A DNA stretch of 64,000 nt, from contig NC_058368.1 in NCBI RefSeq assembly GCF_018350175.1, positions 105,092,001-105,156,000 on the forward strand, read 5' to 3'. A program made the translations under genes and the position numbers. Under the pieces are notes generated by a model. It searched no databases. It was not told where the DNA came from and saw only the letters and a list, made by a program, of their open reading frames with translations. Below are positions 11,148-24,282 of the stretch, piece after piece. How positions within the stretch are numbered: the first letter of the stretch is position 1; the number at the start of each line of letters is the position of its first letter. Source of the DNA: Felis catus (taxonomy: Eukaryota).

Positions 11148-13304
11148 AGGTAGTAGAAATTTTAGAGTCCTCCCAGAAAGATGCCATTTGTAGGATATAA
11201 TTTCACTTTAAATAGCTTTCGGTAGGATGTCAAAAAGGATCTCTAGAAAGACAAACCAGATAGCTAATAATTCTTTGGGTGATTTAACAAAACCCCACCA
11301 AACATTCTTCATGGCCAAAGATGGTCATTTGACAAGGCTAGAATATTACCAGCATGTTTGTTCTTGGCACTGTGCTCTACTCTGCTAAGGTCTGCTGCAC
11401 AGTGGTGCTCTGCTGACCTGGGAGAATATTACTAAATATTAGGAATGACTTGATATCCTATTTTGACAAATGAAACACAGTATGAGAGGGAAGAATGGGC
11501 CTTCTGTAGTTGCCTCTTCTGGGCAATTACCGAAGGCGTGGTGCACAAGATCCCGAAGACCTTCCCTTTCCCTGTGCTAGAAACAGCACATAAATTGCCA
11601 ATCCATGTCCCTTGGAAAATTCAAAAGTGATCCCACAATTAAAATGTATCTCTGTTTAGACAGTGTTAGAGCCTAGCTGCTCGGCTTTTTTTTTTTTTTA
11701 CTTCAAAGCCAAACAATGTATTTTCAAACAGCATTCTCGTTAAAGGAGATTTTTGTAAGCTTGCTTTGATGCTTTGCCTTTGATTCTTTGAATACTCAGT
11801 TGGGTCCTGGTGCGGATAGTTTGGTTTGCTTAGTAAAGCCCACATTATGGTTTTCTCAGTGCAGGTAAAGAGTTCTAGTAAATGAAACTGCATCCACGAA
11901 TTGCTACCATCACACTTATTTTTGAGATGTGATATACTAATAATAGTTCCTTTTTAAAACCACATTAAATGGGTCATGAGTAAGTGCCAAACCATCTGAA
12001 ACATGACTAAGTGAACGAGGAGAATATACTCTTGGAAAGGAGCTAATAAGTAGAGGGATTTTTCTTGAAGTGATAAATACTGGTTAGGTTCTATGGTGGG
12101 GAAGTATTAAAATATTAAGTTACAGGAGACTCAATGGGACCAACAATCTTTCTTTTACTGCAATCTTAGAAAGGCGGAGGTTCCTAATTCACATGGGGTA
12201 GTGTTCTGCATATCTCAGATGATCTGAACAGAACCACAGGTAGTTCTTTTCAATGAGATCTTCACGTTTGCCAGACATCTCAGAATGGGAGAAAACCACA
12301 GCGCAAGTCAGGGAAAAGGAAAAAGAGTGGAATGACCATTTTTGTATAAGTTGCTCTGAGCTTCTGTTTTTATAATAAATACCACATAATATAAAATGAA
12401 TGGAAGAGAAATTACCAAACATCCCAGAAGCCCATCTCAGAAAATGTAAAATCAGAAAAAGTCTTTTGAAAACTCTCCTAATGTGTCTCTTAGGACTGAA
12501 AGAACTATAGCTATTTTAGCCTTGTCCTTCTGACCCTACTTTCCTTCTAGTGAGTCAACAGAATTCAGTAATCAAATGTTTCATGGGATGCCCAAAGGTC
12601 TGACATAATTCCCAGGCACAGTTGATGGAGTTACTACTGGTGAGAGGCAGAAACCCTAGGTACGTCTTTGTTGAGTCTAGGTCTGACTTAAAACCAGAGG
12701 AAAACCATAAAAGCATCAAGCCAAGAGGACAATTGTATGTTTGGCCTTCCTGTAGAGACAATGGTAGTACTATTAGACTTCCACATCATCTCAGAGCAAG
12801 TTTCTAGATTTCCTCTATCATAAATTCCCTTCCTGAGATTCTCAGAGCAGCCCATACTCAAGGACAAGGCGCCGTGCAAAAACAAGATTTAATTAGGGAC
12901 CCAGGAGGTGGCAAGATTTAGCATTATGCAATCAAATTAAATATTCGTCTACAGCTTTTTGTTTTCTTAACAACTTAGCAAAGTTACTCAGAATATAATA
13001 AATCCAATGGAGAATAAAACCAAGTGATTAAATCAATGGTGGCAAACTCTATGACCTTTTCAGAGCGTTCTGAGTTTTCCATTTTTGTCTGAATCCATTC
13101 CAAGAACTAACTTCAGAAACAATGTGGAAAATTATTTGATCCAGTGTGCAAAATTCAGGGTTTTGCCAGAAAGAATCAAATTGTGCCTTTATGTCTGAGG
13201 ATTTACTGAGAACTATTTCAGTGAGTTCTTTACCTTTAAAGGTTTTAGGTATCCACTGTGGAATAACTGGGAAAGTAATGGGATCTAGTTATGGCTTTAT
13301 CATT

Positions 13305-13997
13305 AATTTGTTTATTCATTCATTCATTCATTCATTCACTCACTTGTTCATTCATTTGTTCACTCACTCACCCATTCTTTCCACAAATATTTGTTGATAA
13401 CTACTGTGTACTGTGCCCTGTGCCAGGCACCAAGGACACCATGTTGATTAAAACCAAACAGCCAGGGGCACCTGGGTGGCTCAGTGGGTTAAACGTCTGA
13501 GTTCAGCTCAGGTCATGATCTCGCAGTTTGTGACTGAGCCCCACGTTGGGCTCTGTGCTGACAGCTCAGAGCCCGGAGCCTGCCTCAGATTCTGTGTCTC
13601 CCTCTCTCTCTGCCCCTTCTCCACTCACACTCTCTCTCTCCTTCAAAAATAAATAAACATTAAAAAATTTAAAAAAAAAAACAGCCTTTGTCCTCCAAAG
13701 CTTACTAGTCCAGTGAGGAGGAAACCTATGCTATCAAATAATAACTGCACTATAAACTTCTCTAAAGGGACATGATGCTATAGCAGGAGACCTTAACCAA
13801 TCTGGGCACTAATGGAAGGTGTCCTTGAGGACAAGATTTAAGCTGAGACCTAAAGGATGATGAATGGGAAGAGTTCACTGTATGAGGAGGAAGGATGAGT
13901 ATTCCAGATAGAGGGAATAACATGTACAAAAGCCTTGGGCAGGAGAGAGCATGGTGTTTTAGAAAAGTTAAAGAAAACACAACGTGATTGGAAGCAG
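13305..13997 (-). mobile_element. L2 3' end, interrupted by a SINE
   Basis: (TTCA)n tail, aaatatttgttgataactactgtgt...gtgccaggcac, then aagctgagacctaaaggatga...attccagatagagggaataacatgtacaaaagcc. Confidence 0.8.
13465..13678 (+). mobile_element. Felid SINE (SINEC_Fc family)
   Basis: ggggcacctgggtggctcag...aataaataaacattaaaaaa; flanking repeat aaacagcc. Confidence 0.95.
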
Positions 13998-14029
13998 CAA
14001 CAACTCTAAAAATGGTGTGGCTCTTGTTT

Positions 14030-14990
14030 TTTAAATGTCATTCTTTACTAACAAAAACCAGGACTCCCTGGAAAAATGGCCGATTCCAGGGCTGGGGAAG
14101 GACAAGTACAAGAGGAGACCAGTAAGAAAGTGCTCAACAAATACACAGGACTTGTCAAAATTACACTGAAGCAAAGCCAGCTTTAAATAATGTGACCAAA
14201 TTTCTGGCAATTTGAATATCAAAATAATGATAATAGTACATTATAAAACATTGAATGAAACAGGAAGCCATAAGCGCATAGTGATGTAATTACTATACAT
14301 GGGTAAATTCAAAGTTTGGTGAAGAATGAGATATTTACATAGTCTCAAATTTGAGACCTTCTTACAAAATATTTCTCAATTAAAAAAGGAAAACAATTAT
14401 GGAGAAACTTGGCAGATACTACCTTAAGGAATCAAAGTTAACATCATTAGTAATCATAAAAGTTGAAATAACGTGCTTTTTTCTAGCGATCAATCGGAAG
14501 AACACGATACCATTTCTGATTCTTGCGTGAACACACAGCCGTCATGAAGAAAAACCAGACCAATCCAAAGTGAGAAAGATTTTCCAAGATAATTAGTCTA
14601 TAATCTCCAAATTTCAAGATGATAAAAGAATGAGAAATTGTTCCAAGTTGAAGGAGACTAAAGAGAGGTGATAACTAAACACAATGTGGAACTCCAAACA
14701 GGACCTTTGGCTATAAAGGATATTTTCTGAATATTGCAGAAAAATTGAATGGGACCCAAGAGATGAATTGAGATTTTGATGGTCGTCTTTTAAGTATGGA
14801 GGGAAATACCCTTGTTTATAAGAAATGCACTAAAGGTTTTGGGGGTAATGGAGCACCATATCAGAAATACACGCACCCCAATAATTACGGGGAAAAATTC
14901 TGTGTTCTGTACTTCCAACTTTTCTATAAGATCACTTTGACTGATTAAGATTGTTGCAAAATAAAAAAATAAATCAATTAATAAAAAAGA
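14030..14990 (+). mobile_element. L1MC-like 3' UTR (~1 kb)
   Basis: aaccaggactccctggaaaaatggccgattccagggctgggg...gaaggagactaaagagagg...ttctgtacttccaacttttctataag; A-rich end. Confidence 0.75.
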
Positions 14991-15144
14991 GAACAAAAGG
15001 CCAATATAGCTAGAAACCCTGGCCCTCAATTTCACCACCCAAACAATAGGGAAGGTATTTGAAACCCATATATTTCATTCAGCTCCATTTATACTACAGT
15101 GTGCTACCTAGTCTCCCAAAATGACATACAAAAGAAAAAGAGTA

Positions 15145-15739
15145 TGTATTAGTTTTCTATTGTTGTGTAACAAATTACCACAAACTCGGTGGCTTAAAAA
15201 TACTCATTCATTATCTTACGGTTCTGAAATCCCGAAGCCCAGAATGGCACGGCGGGATTCTCTGCCGAAGGCTGAAATCCAGATGGCAGCTCTCCAAATT
15301 TTCACTGTGTCCTCTTGGGGTGTCCTATTCCAAGCTCACTCCTGTTACTGGCAGAATTCAGTTCCTGGAGGTTACAGGACTGACGTTGCCACTTTCTGGC
15401 TGGGAATTGCTCTCAGCTGCTAGAGAACGTTCTCAGGTTCCTGTCCTGTGGGCCCCCTCTGTCTCAGCAATGGAGAAAGAGACTTCTGCACATCGACTCC
15501 CTCTCACAGTTTGAATCTCTTTGGCTTCCTCTTGTGTTACCATCTAGAGAAAACATTCTCCTTTTAAAGGGTTCATGTGACTATGTCAGGCCACCCTTAT
15601 CATTTCTCTATCTTAAGATCACTTGATTGGTAATCTTCACTTCTGCAAAATCGCTTTCACCATAACACAATCAGGGGAATAATAATGGGGCGGGGGGTGG
15701 GGAGATTGTGGGGACCATCTTAGAACTCTGCCTGGCACA
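15145..15739 (-). mobile_element. MaLR solo LTR (MLT1D/E-like)
   Basis: tgtattagttttctattg...aacaaattaccacaaactcggtggcttaaa...ggcagaattcagttcct...ggaccatcttagaactctgcctggcaca; TG..CA ends. Confidence 0.85.
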
Positions 15740-15894
15740 GGATGGAAGAGAGAAATATGTAGAGTCACTGTCAAACAATATGGGTAAAGAAGGAAGGGTA
15801 AGAATGTGCCTCTCGAGCGTGTGAATTGGGGGTTGGGGAATTCTGGACTAAAATATTTGAAACATAGTCAGCAGTGAAATGCTTTGATTTGTCT

Positions 15895-16028
15895 TTATTA
15901 GGCTGTGAAAACAGGCACTGTGTGTTTCTGATTTACTGTTGCATTCCCAGCACTCACCTTAATTCCTGGCACATAGTAGATAATCAGAAATGTTGAGGGT
16001 ATGAAGAATAAACAATAAGTGAATGATT
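15895..16028 (+). mobile_element. L2 3' end
   Basis: ttcccagcac...cctggcacatagtagataatcagaaatgttg...gaatga. Confidence 0.6.
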
Positions 16029-16389
16029 AGCTTTGACAACCAAAGATTTATTTTCTTATGTAACTAATCAAAGCCTTCAGTGCTGCTCCCTCAGTGACGT
16101 GTTCTTCCAGAATAGCCTTGTTAAGGGGAAACCTGACAGTTAATATTCAGTTCCCTTTTGATTGATGATATTTGTGTGTATATAAAAGTCCAGACTTCTT
16201 TTTTTTTAAGTGAGTATAATTTGCCAAGAAGACTTGGAATACATTCATTGATCAATAAAACCAGCTAATGCAGTCAGATTGAAAAAAATCTTATGATGCT
16301 ATGTTTTAGTTAATGTATATTATGATGAAAGCTGAAAACATTCCCACATAGGAGTATAGGAGGAAATTATATTAAAGAATATTTTGGAA

Positions 16390-17120
16390 GTACTTTTATT
16401 GTTATTATTATAAAATGTGAATATGCTCAAAATACAAAAAATGAAAAATACAGAAGAGTAGGAAAAAGAAAATAAATATCACCCATAATCCCACAACTCA
16501 AAGATAATCACTATTAATATTTTTGATATATATCCTTTCAGATTTTTTTCCTCTGCAGCCCTGGGTAACAATATACCAGCACATACAGGCACAGTTCCTC
16601 GCAGATGATTTTATATAGAGTTTTTGCACTGTCTCTGTTGTTTAAAAGTATACCATGGACAGAGTTCTAGGACTATAAATGTACATACGAACCATTATTT
16701 TTAATAGCTGTAATATAGTTTTTTATGTGGTTGTAATAACATATTTTATTTAGTCAGCCCTTCCTGGTGGACTTTTAAATCATCTCCATTTTTCTAGAAG
16801 TATACATTTCATTGTAATACCACCACCTCCAGTCCCACCTCTACATAAATCTTTGTATTCTGTCTTCATTATTTCTGTAAAATAAGTATGTCCAAGTACT
16901 AGTGATAAATGAAAAAGCATGCCAAACTTGATATTACCAGGTTCTCCTCAGAAATAGTTAACCCACAAGCAGAATGATTATCAAGTACCTATTGACCCTC
17001 ACCAACAATGGGTGTTAACAATTCAATATTTAAGCTTTTCCAACTTGACACGTAAAAAAATAATATGTTGTTTTAATTTGCCTGTGTTTTTAACATCTTT
17101 ATTTTTCTGTTCAGCTTAAA
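16390..17120 (-). mobile_element. L1ME-like fragment
   Basis: aaatacagaagagtagg...atatcacccataatcccacaactcaaagataatcactattaatatttt...ccctcaccaacaatggg...gttttaatttgc. Confidence 0.65.
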
Positions 17121-17238
17121 AAAAAATTTAAAGCTGGCTCTTAGACATCATTATCTCTTATTCTTTTGCCAGAAAGTATATTTTTGACCTCTTATAAATA
17201 TTTAAGTCATCATCTAAACAATTTCCAAAATGCATTAG

Positions 17239-17690
17239 TACGGTAAGCAGTGTGGCTCCCACTGATCTCAGCCCTCTGGTATTCACAACTTTCTGAAATC
17301 CCTCCCCTTAAGGGTGAGCTGGCCTTGTGACTCCCTTCTTTGTATTGCCAGTACAGTGTGGCAAAGGGGAGTAGACGTCACGTCTGTGATTAGGTTATGA
17401 GCTAACGTGACTTCTGTCTCGTGAGCAGTTCCTCCCTCCCTTGGCTGCTTGCTTTGATGAAGCAGCTGCATGCTGGAGAGGCAGTGTGACAAGGAACCAA
17501 CAGGAGGCTCTGGCCAAGGGCAGCAAGGAACTGATGCTCTCGGTCCAACAGCCCTGGAGGAAGTGACTCCTACCAACAATCACGCAGGCTGGAAAGTGGA
17601 TCTTTTCCCAGATACATCTTCAGATGCGACCTGAGGCTTGGCCAACGCTTTTGATTCCAGCCACAGCTATACCCGTGCCTTCTAACATAC
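17239..17690 (+). mobile_element. MaLR LTR (MLT1F/G-like)
   Basis: ggctcccactgatctcagccctctggtattcac...gtgattaggtta...gcaaggaactga...gtccaacagccctggaggaagtgactcctaccaacaatcac. Confidence 0.8.
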
Positions 17691-18859
17691 TGTCTCACAA
17701 TGAGCTTCCCTCCGTGGCACGTTTTATCTCCCAAGTTTATAATGTGGACTTTCTGGTGCACAGAAATGTGACTTTAACATATTGTATCTTACAGTATCAG
17801 GATCAAATATTTATTTTGAAATTCCTATATAAACACGTTATCATAGACTATTATAACAATACGGCGATTTTAGAATAGCCAAAAGGAAATGTGGTCTGAG
17901 ATTTATTTACTTTTCACAACAAATCTTGTGTTTGTGCCTGTTATTTTTGTTACAGGACTTATTGGATACCCTCTCAACATTTTGCTTTTCAGCTGTCGCT
18001 GGGATTCTTAATGACTCTCTTCTGCTTTGATTTCACAACAAAGATTGGAAAGTCTACACCAAATATATCTGCATGTACTTGTATTCATATAGGTTTGAAC
18101 ATGGACTTATATACGTCCAGACTTGTCTAGATTTTGTGAAAGATGAAAAAGGTAAATATCTTACTTCCTGATCCTGGGGTGATAATTCCTCTGGGAAATG
18201 TTTGTGGGAGCAACTAGATTGTATAAAGGCATACCCATTCTGTCTCCAAAGATTTTGAGGGCATCTCTGTTTTCTCCTATAGAATAACAATACTTGTCCC
18301 TCAACATTTCTATGTTAATGTGTGTGAAAGTGTTTAAAAACTTAAAGAGTTTTATTAATGTAAGGAATTTATCACAACTGTCTCATTCGGCCCTCTGTCT
18401 ACGAGGCACGGTAAGGGATCTTGAAATTGTAACTTAGGCGGGGAAAGAGAAAGACTGTCCTCCCCTTCCACACTGTTTCCACCTCTCTTGACTCCTTGAC
18501 TTCTGCCTTCACCACGTTAAAATGCCACTTCAAGGGATTCCTTTGTCATGGGGAAGGGTAACTATTTTTTTCTACTCCGTTAAATGTCTATTAATTATGA
18601 GAGTTAGAGGAAAATTTTAATAACACCTTATACGGACTATATTCACACATTCACTAAGTGAAAATCACAAAATGGCAAATTCAGCAGTGAACCAAACAAG
18701 TGTAAGTTTTTTTCTGCCAAGTATTTTTTTCTCATACAAAGGAAGGGGGCAACACATGAATTTGAAAGGTGAGAGCTACAGGTGGACTGATGTGGGCCAA
18801 GAGAAGAGTTCAGAAGGGAGAGGGATGAAGGGGGAACATATCACCTCATTCACAATTTT

Positions 18860-18919
18860 TATTTATGTATTTATTTTTAAAAGATTTTTTAAGTTTATTC
18901 ATTTTTTTTTTTTTTGAGA

Positions 18920-18955
<36 letters not shown>

Positions 18956-19128
18956 CAGAGTGCAAGCAGGGGAGAGGCAGAGAAAGAGAGAGAGGGAGAC
19001 ACAGAATCCCGGCTCCAGGCTCTGAGCTGTCAGCAAAGAGCACCACACGGGGCTTGAACTCATGAACCGTGAGATCATGACCTCAGCCGAACTCGGACAC
19101 TCAACCTACTGAGCCACCCAGGTGCCTC
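18860..19128 (-). mobile_element. Felid SINE with expanded (GA)/(GAGACA) tract
   Basis: SINE body; 17 bp TSD ACCTCATTCACAATTTT at 18843-18859 and 19130-19146. Confidence 0.96.
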
Positions 19129-19188
19129 AACCTCATTCACAATTTTAACCCCAATCAAGCCATGTCTGAGTGACCACTATACATTCTG

Positions 19189-19248
19189 TTTTATTTTATT
19201 TTATTTTATTTTATTTTATTTTATTTTATTTTATTTTATTTTATTTTT
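19189..19248. repeat. (TTTTA)n pentanucleotide microsatellite derived from the SINE poly-A tail
   Basis: About 11 tandem tttta units. Confidence 0.9.
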
Positions 19249-19454
19249 AATTAATTAATTTATTTATATTTTAGAGAGAGAGAGAGAGAGAGCATGATGG
19301 GGGAAAGGGCAGAGGGAGGGAGAGAGAATCCCAAGCAGGCTGTATTCTGTCAGTGCACAGCTCGATGCTGGGCTCGAACCCGTGACGCTGGGATAGTGAT
19401 CTGAGCCCAAATCGAGAGTCCGATGTTCAACCGACTGAGTCACCCAGGCGCCCG
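19193..19454 (-). mobile_element. Carnivore SINE (older SINEC subtype) with (TTTTA)n tail
   Basis: gagagaatcccaagcaggct...gctcgaacccgtgac...ccgactgagtcacccaggcgccc. Confidence 0.94.
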
Positions 19455-19934
19455 ACTGTGTTTTAAACAAAACAGAGTGGTTGCTTCCTTTCTGCCCAAA
19501 GTCAGAGTCCTTCTTCTTCTTACCAACTTGTACCATCTTTTTTTGGTTTAACATCTTATTCTATTAAGAGAAGTCCAAAAGCCGGTGTTAGAGGCTAAAA
19601 GAGCTCTCAGCCTTGGCAAGTCAGAAGAAATAAAACCTATGATGCTTCCCATGGAAGAATGAAGAGATTAGTCTACTTGCAGATACGCCATAAGTACAAG
19701 GGGAAAGACTGGTGTCATAGGGAAGCTCAACAGAATACACATCTCAGAAGGAAGACGGGGAATGATCCACTAAGAGAGGCTGAGGTCCTCATTCATAGAG
19801 CACTTACAGAGTAAAGGATGGGCTTTCTGGGAATTTCCCTGAGGCGTCATTAATATCTAAGAAGGGACAAGTCAGGGTTTTACCTCTACTTTCTTCTTTT
19901 GAGGACTTTCAGAATGAACAGATCCGTCACGCAG

Positions 19935-20100
19935 GATGATGGAGACAGAAGACATAATTTGGAATCGAACACTTACATTTCACCCAGTATTTCCACCTCT
20001 GTGAGCAACTCATTAAATCTCTTGACACCTCAGTTTCCTCACCAGTAATAACGTCACCATGTTGTTTTGAAATCCATGGAGATAAAAAGTGTGAACTATC
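19935..20100 (+). mobile_element. MIR fragment
   Basis: ctgtgagcaactcattaaatctcttgacacctcagtttcctcacc MIR core. Confidence 0.55.
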
Positions 20101-20669
20101 TTGTTCTCTACATTACACTTGCAGTTTTTATTGCTACGTGTGTATAAATTCCAGAACATTTTAAGAGAAGCAGCATGACTCAGTTGTCCAAACACAGATG
20201 CCGTGACAGAACTGTAACTCTGCCACTCATAGGCAGCAGGAAGGATTTGAATCTCCATTCCATTCCCTTAGGATACATCTAAAGATATGCCTGGCACAGA
20301 AGAGCCTTGCAAAGTTTTTTCACTTACCACACACACAACTAAAATAAGCCTGGCTAGATGTTTACATAAATGACAATCCTTTTTGATGACATGAGTCTTA
20401 GGAGAAACCAACCTTTGAATTAAGTGACCAAGTTTTTTGCATTCTACAGAAAGTAAACATAAAAAAAGGTTAAGTATGAGGGGAGACTAATATTTGTTCT
20501 GGAAAAGATGTGAGGCAGTCGGATGGGAGGGGAGGAGAATCTTGTCAGTTTCCCGAAGTATGTACTGAGACAGTCAGACCTTCTTATAAACACTCAGTGG
20601 ATGAATTTGAGTACTCTATCTACTTCATGACCTACGATGTGCACATTATTTTGAGTGTGTGGTGGGCTA

Positions 20670-20920
20670 GAGGAAATGCACTATAGATTTTTGGTGAAAA
20701 GTATGGATTTTAGTTCCAGAAATGTACATGTTTGCTGCAGGATCTTTATTTCCTAGTTGTGAGATCTTGGGTAAAAGATTCGCGCAAGTCTTGGTTTCTT
20801 CATATGTGAAAGGGCAATAATCATAATGATTGTCAACCACAGAGTTTTAAGACTTAAAATGAAGTAATAATAAAAAGAACTAAGTCTGGCACAGTGTAAG
20901 ATCTCAATAAATCATGGCTC
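20670..20920 (+). mobile_element. MIR
   Basis: tagttgtgagatcttgggtaa...cttggtttcttcatatgtgaaaggg...ctggcacagtgtaagatctcaataaat. Confidence 0.65.
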
Positions 20921-21164
20921 TGCTTATATTGCTAATTTTGATGCACCTTTAATTGTTTAAAAATAGAAATCGTGGAATACATTTTAATGATATTTCTAAA
21001 GTTCTGATTCCATTCATTTTCATAATTAAGACACATACGTATTTCTCATTTTATGGCAGCATTTTCCTCTTTTGTGGATATATTCTCTCTTGCAAAACAA
21101 ATCATTTTGATAATGAAGGCTGAGCATTACATTAAAGAAAGAGAATTTTTCAACTTTATTGAAA

Positions 21165-21285
21165 CATAGAGTCTTTTGAAAATCTCATGATAGCTATGTG
21201 TCCTCTTTCCGACCCAAAGCATAAATCCTTATGTGCACAAAACTTTGTGTATAATTAAAGGGACACATGGACCTCCCCTAGCAAA
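21165..21285. mobile_element. hAT-Charlie-type MITE fragment
   Basis: cttttgaaaatctcatgatagctatgtgtcctct...cacaaaactttgtgtataattaaagggacacatggacc resembles an old MER-type DNA transposon. Confidence 0.45.
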
Positions 21286-22188
21286 GTTGAGATTTGTAAT
21301 GAAATGAATAAACATTCAATATTGCAAATAAGTCAACCTTTAATTTTTCTGTTGTATAAACTCAAATTTTCAAAAAGTGAATTTTAGTGAAGTACCTTAT
21401 ATACACTATTGCTGTTTAATGGGGTCTGAAGCGAAGTTAATGTCACAACGTTTGCTAGATAAAATGATCTTAAACCCAGGCTTATTATTCATGCTGTACG
21501 GAGCAGATTTTTATCCAGTGAATACTCACTGGTATACTGTCAGTGTTACTGTCAGGGGCTACGATTGAAACACACAAGTTGATTAATACTTTCTGTTAAT
21601 GCGTTTTCTATGCTAAAAAAGTGCAAAACACCGTGAAGTTTTTCTCTCAGAAGAGTTTTTTTTTGACTTTATATTTTCAGTAAGTATCTTCCAGAATTAC
21701 AGTAAGGTATTTATTCTCCTAGCATATCAGTATCTCCTGGGAGTAATTGAACATTTGGATCTTAAAATCAATCAGTAAGGTGACAAGTTTACCACTAAAT
21801 ACTTGGCTTCGCTCCTGGACTGGATATCATATTAAAGTTAATGTAATCTGGTGGTTCAATATTTGAAAATAACAAATGGTTAATAGACTCTAAAGACTTC
21901 CCTGCCAGCAAAATTTGATACTCCTGCTAATAAAAACAAATCACAATGATACCTTTGAATATATGTCCAAAGCTATGTTCTGCAAGACATAAAAAAAATC
22001 TTGAGGCGATAGAGTTTAGCTATGAGGCAACTTTAAAATTTTCATTTCTGAAATCTTAAATTAGCCAGGGAAGTAATTTAAGGAGAGGTTCTCACCCTAG
22101 GATAACCTGAGTTATCATCTCATTTGTGATTTTGATCTCCTCTACATCTCCAAACGTCAACTAACGGAGTCTGATTGTTAGCTTCATT

Positions 22189-22413
22189 AAAAAAAAAAAT
22201 TTTTTTTTTACATTTATTTCTTTTTGAGAGACAGAAAGAGACAGAGAGCAAGCAGGGGAGGGGCAGAGACAGAAGGAGACACAGAATTCAAAGCAGGCTC
22301 CAGGCTCTGAGCTGTCAGCACAGAGCCCAACATGGGGCTGGAGCCCACAAACTGTGAGATCATGACCTGAGCTGAAGTCAGACGCTTAACCCACTGAGCC
22401 ACCAAGGTGCCCC
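22189..22413 (-). mobile_element. Felid SINE (SINEC_Fc family)
   Basis: Complete body ending gacgcttaacccactgagccaccaaggtgcccc; no clear TSD. Confidence 0.95.
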
Positions 22414-22997
22414 CATTTCTTTTTTCATAAGCGATAGGAGTTAGATAATCCATATGATATTTACGGTGTTTTTGATTTTTTTGCTTTTAATGGCATTAGC
22501 TAAATCAAGAGGCAAATACAAGCAGTTCCGCAGCAGCAGAGAAATAACTCCACTGGCAGGAAGTTTGTTTGGTTGCTGACATTTTGCATCTGCCATGGTG
22601 AAATGACAGCAAGATCATTCAGGAAATTCGATACACCCGCAGAGAGCAGCCAAACATGACAGCTTATTTTGGGAACCATTCTATCATGAGGGTACTTTTG
22701 TTCTTGGAGTAGTCTCCAGAAAGCCTCCCTCTTATCAAACTGTGTTTTGATTAAAGGGACAGCTAATGTCTGCTACATAGAGAGGGGTCTTCAGTCGACA
22801 ATGCTGTTTTATTATTGTCAATGTTTTCTATTGTAAAGAAGATACTTTACTGTTAAATATTTGATTGTTGTCTGTTTCCACCAGCACAGCTTGCAAGATG
22901 CTTCCTGGAAGGCTGGGCATAGTCAACTGATAAATTTTAAACAGTAAATCTTTGTAATAATGTATATGGCATTTTTATTTGTAAACAATATGCTTCT

Positions 22998-23209
22998 TTT
23001 ATTTAAAAAGTTTATTTATTTATTTTGAGAGAGAAAGAGAGAGAGCATGAGCAGGTGAGGGGCATAGAGAGAAGGAGAGAGAATCCCAGGCAGGCTCTTC
23101 ACTGTTAGCACAGAACTGGACATGGGCTCGAACTCAGGAACCGTGAGATCATGATCTGAGCCATGATCAAGAGTCCGGCGCTTAACCAACTGAGCCACCC
23201 AGGCTCCCC
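22998..23209 (-). mobile_element. Carnivore SINE (older SINEC subtype)
   Basis: 13 bp TSD ACAATATGCTTCT at 22985-22997 and 23211-23223. Confidence 0.95.
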
Positions 23210-23414
23210 TACAATATGCTTCTGCAGAAGGATGCTTGGCAATATAACTGCTATTTCTCTACATATTTATTTGTGATCATTATACTTGTAGTAAAGTTTG
23301 CCAAAATTTATTTAGTAACTAAAATATAGAAATTAATTCAGAAGATACTGTGTTTTTACCAGAGCATTTACATGAAAGCAAATAATGTTAATTGTAGATA
23401 AAAATTAAGACTAT

Positions 23415-23625
23415 GTGGCACCTAGGTGACTCAGTTGGTTAAGTGTCCGCCTTCAGCTCAGGTCTTGATCTCATGGTTTGTGAGTTTGAGCCTCACACCA
23501 AGCTCTCTGTTGTCTGTGCAGAGCTTGCTTCAGATCTTCTGTCCCCTTCTCTCTCTGTCCCCTCCCCCACTTGTGCGCGCACGCTCTCTCTCTCTAATAA
23601 ATACCTAAAATTTTTTTTTAAAAAG
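23415..23625 (+). mobile_element. Carnivore SINE
   Basis: gtggcacctaggtgactcagttggttaagtgtcc...gtgagtttgagcc...(CT)n, aataaa. Confidence 0.92.
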
Positions 23626-24282
23626 AATGCACTTAATTATGCTTTTCATCTTCACTTCTCTTAAATTATCTTCTTTCTCTTATTTATAATTTCTACCCAA
23701 TCTTCAGATTTACTATTCATGTAAGTTCTTTTGCTAATGCAAGTCAGAATGGCCCAAATAATCCTTCAACATATTGAAGGTGGGTAGGTAGCTCTATCTT
23801 ACACACTTCTAAATTGCTGAATTGCTTTTAGATTTGGCAAGTATCTCACAAACCTTCTCATAGAATAATAAAATAATCATCAATGTCTTACAAGGACAAG
23901 CAATAATTCACTGGTTGAGATGTGTCTGGCAGACTGTGAGCTTTTTTTTCCCTGTGTGGTATAGGTTGAGTGCTCCTACTTAATGCTAAGAACAATGACA
24001 AAACTGATTTTTTTAGGTTGGACTATTTAAAAAATTCTTTTCTTGTTTCTGAACTGTCACACATTCAACATCTTGAGTTTCAAATTTTTTCTCTTTGGCT
24101 TAGATTGCAGTTAATAATTCTTTTCTTCCCCCAAATTAAAACCATAAATACATTTCTCAAGACTTTTTAGTCATTCAGGATTACCTGAACTTTTGAAAAT
24201 TTTCCCAAGTTGTCTATGAATCAAATACTGCCTGATGCTGACTAAAATGAGCAGATTCTAAGAGGAATCATTTCTCCACCAC

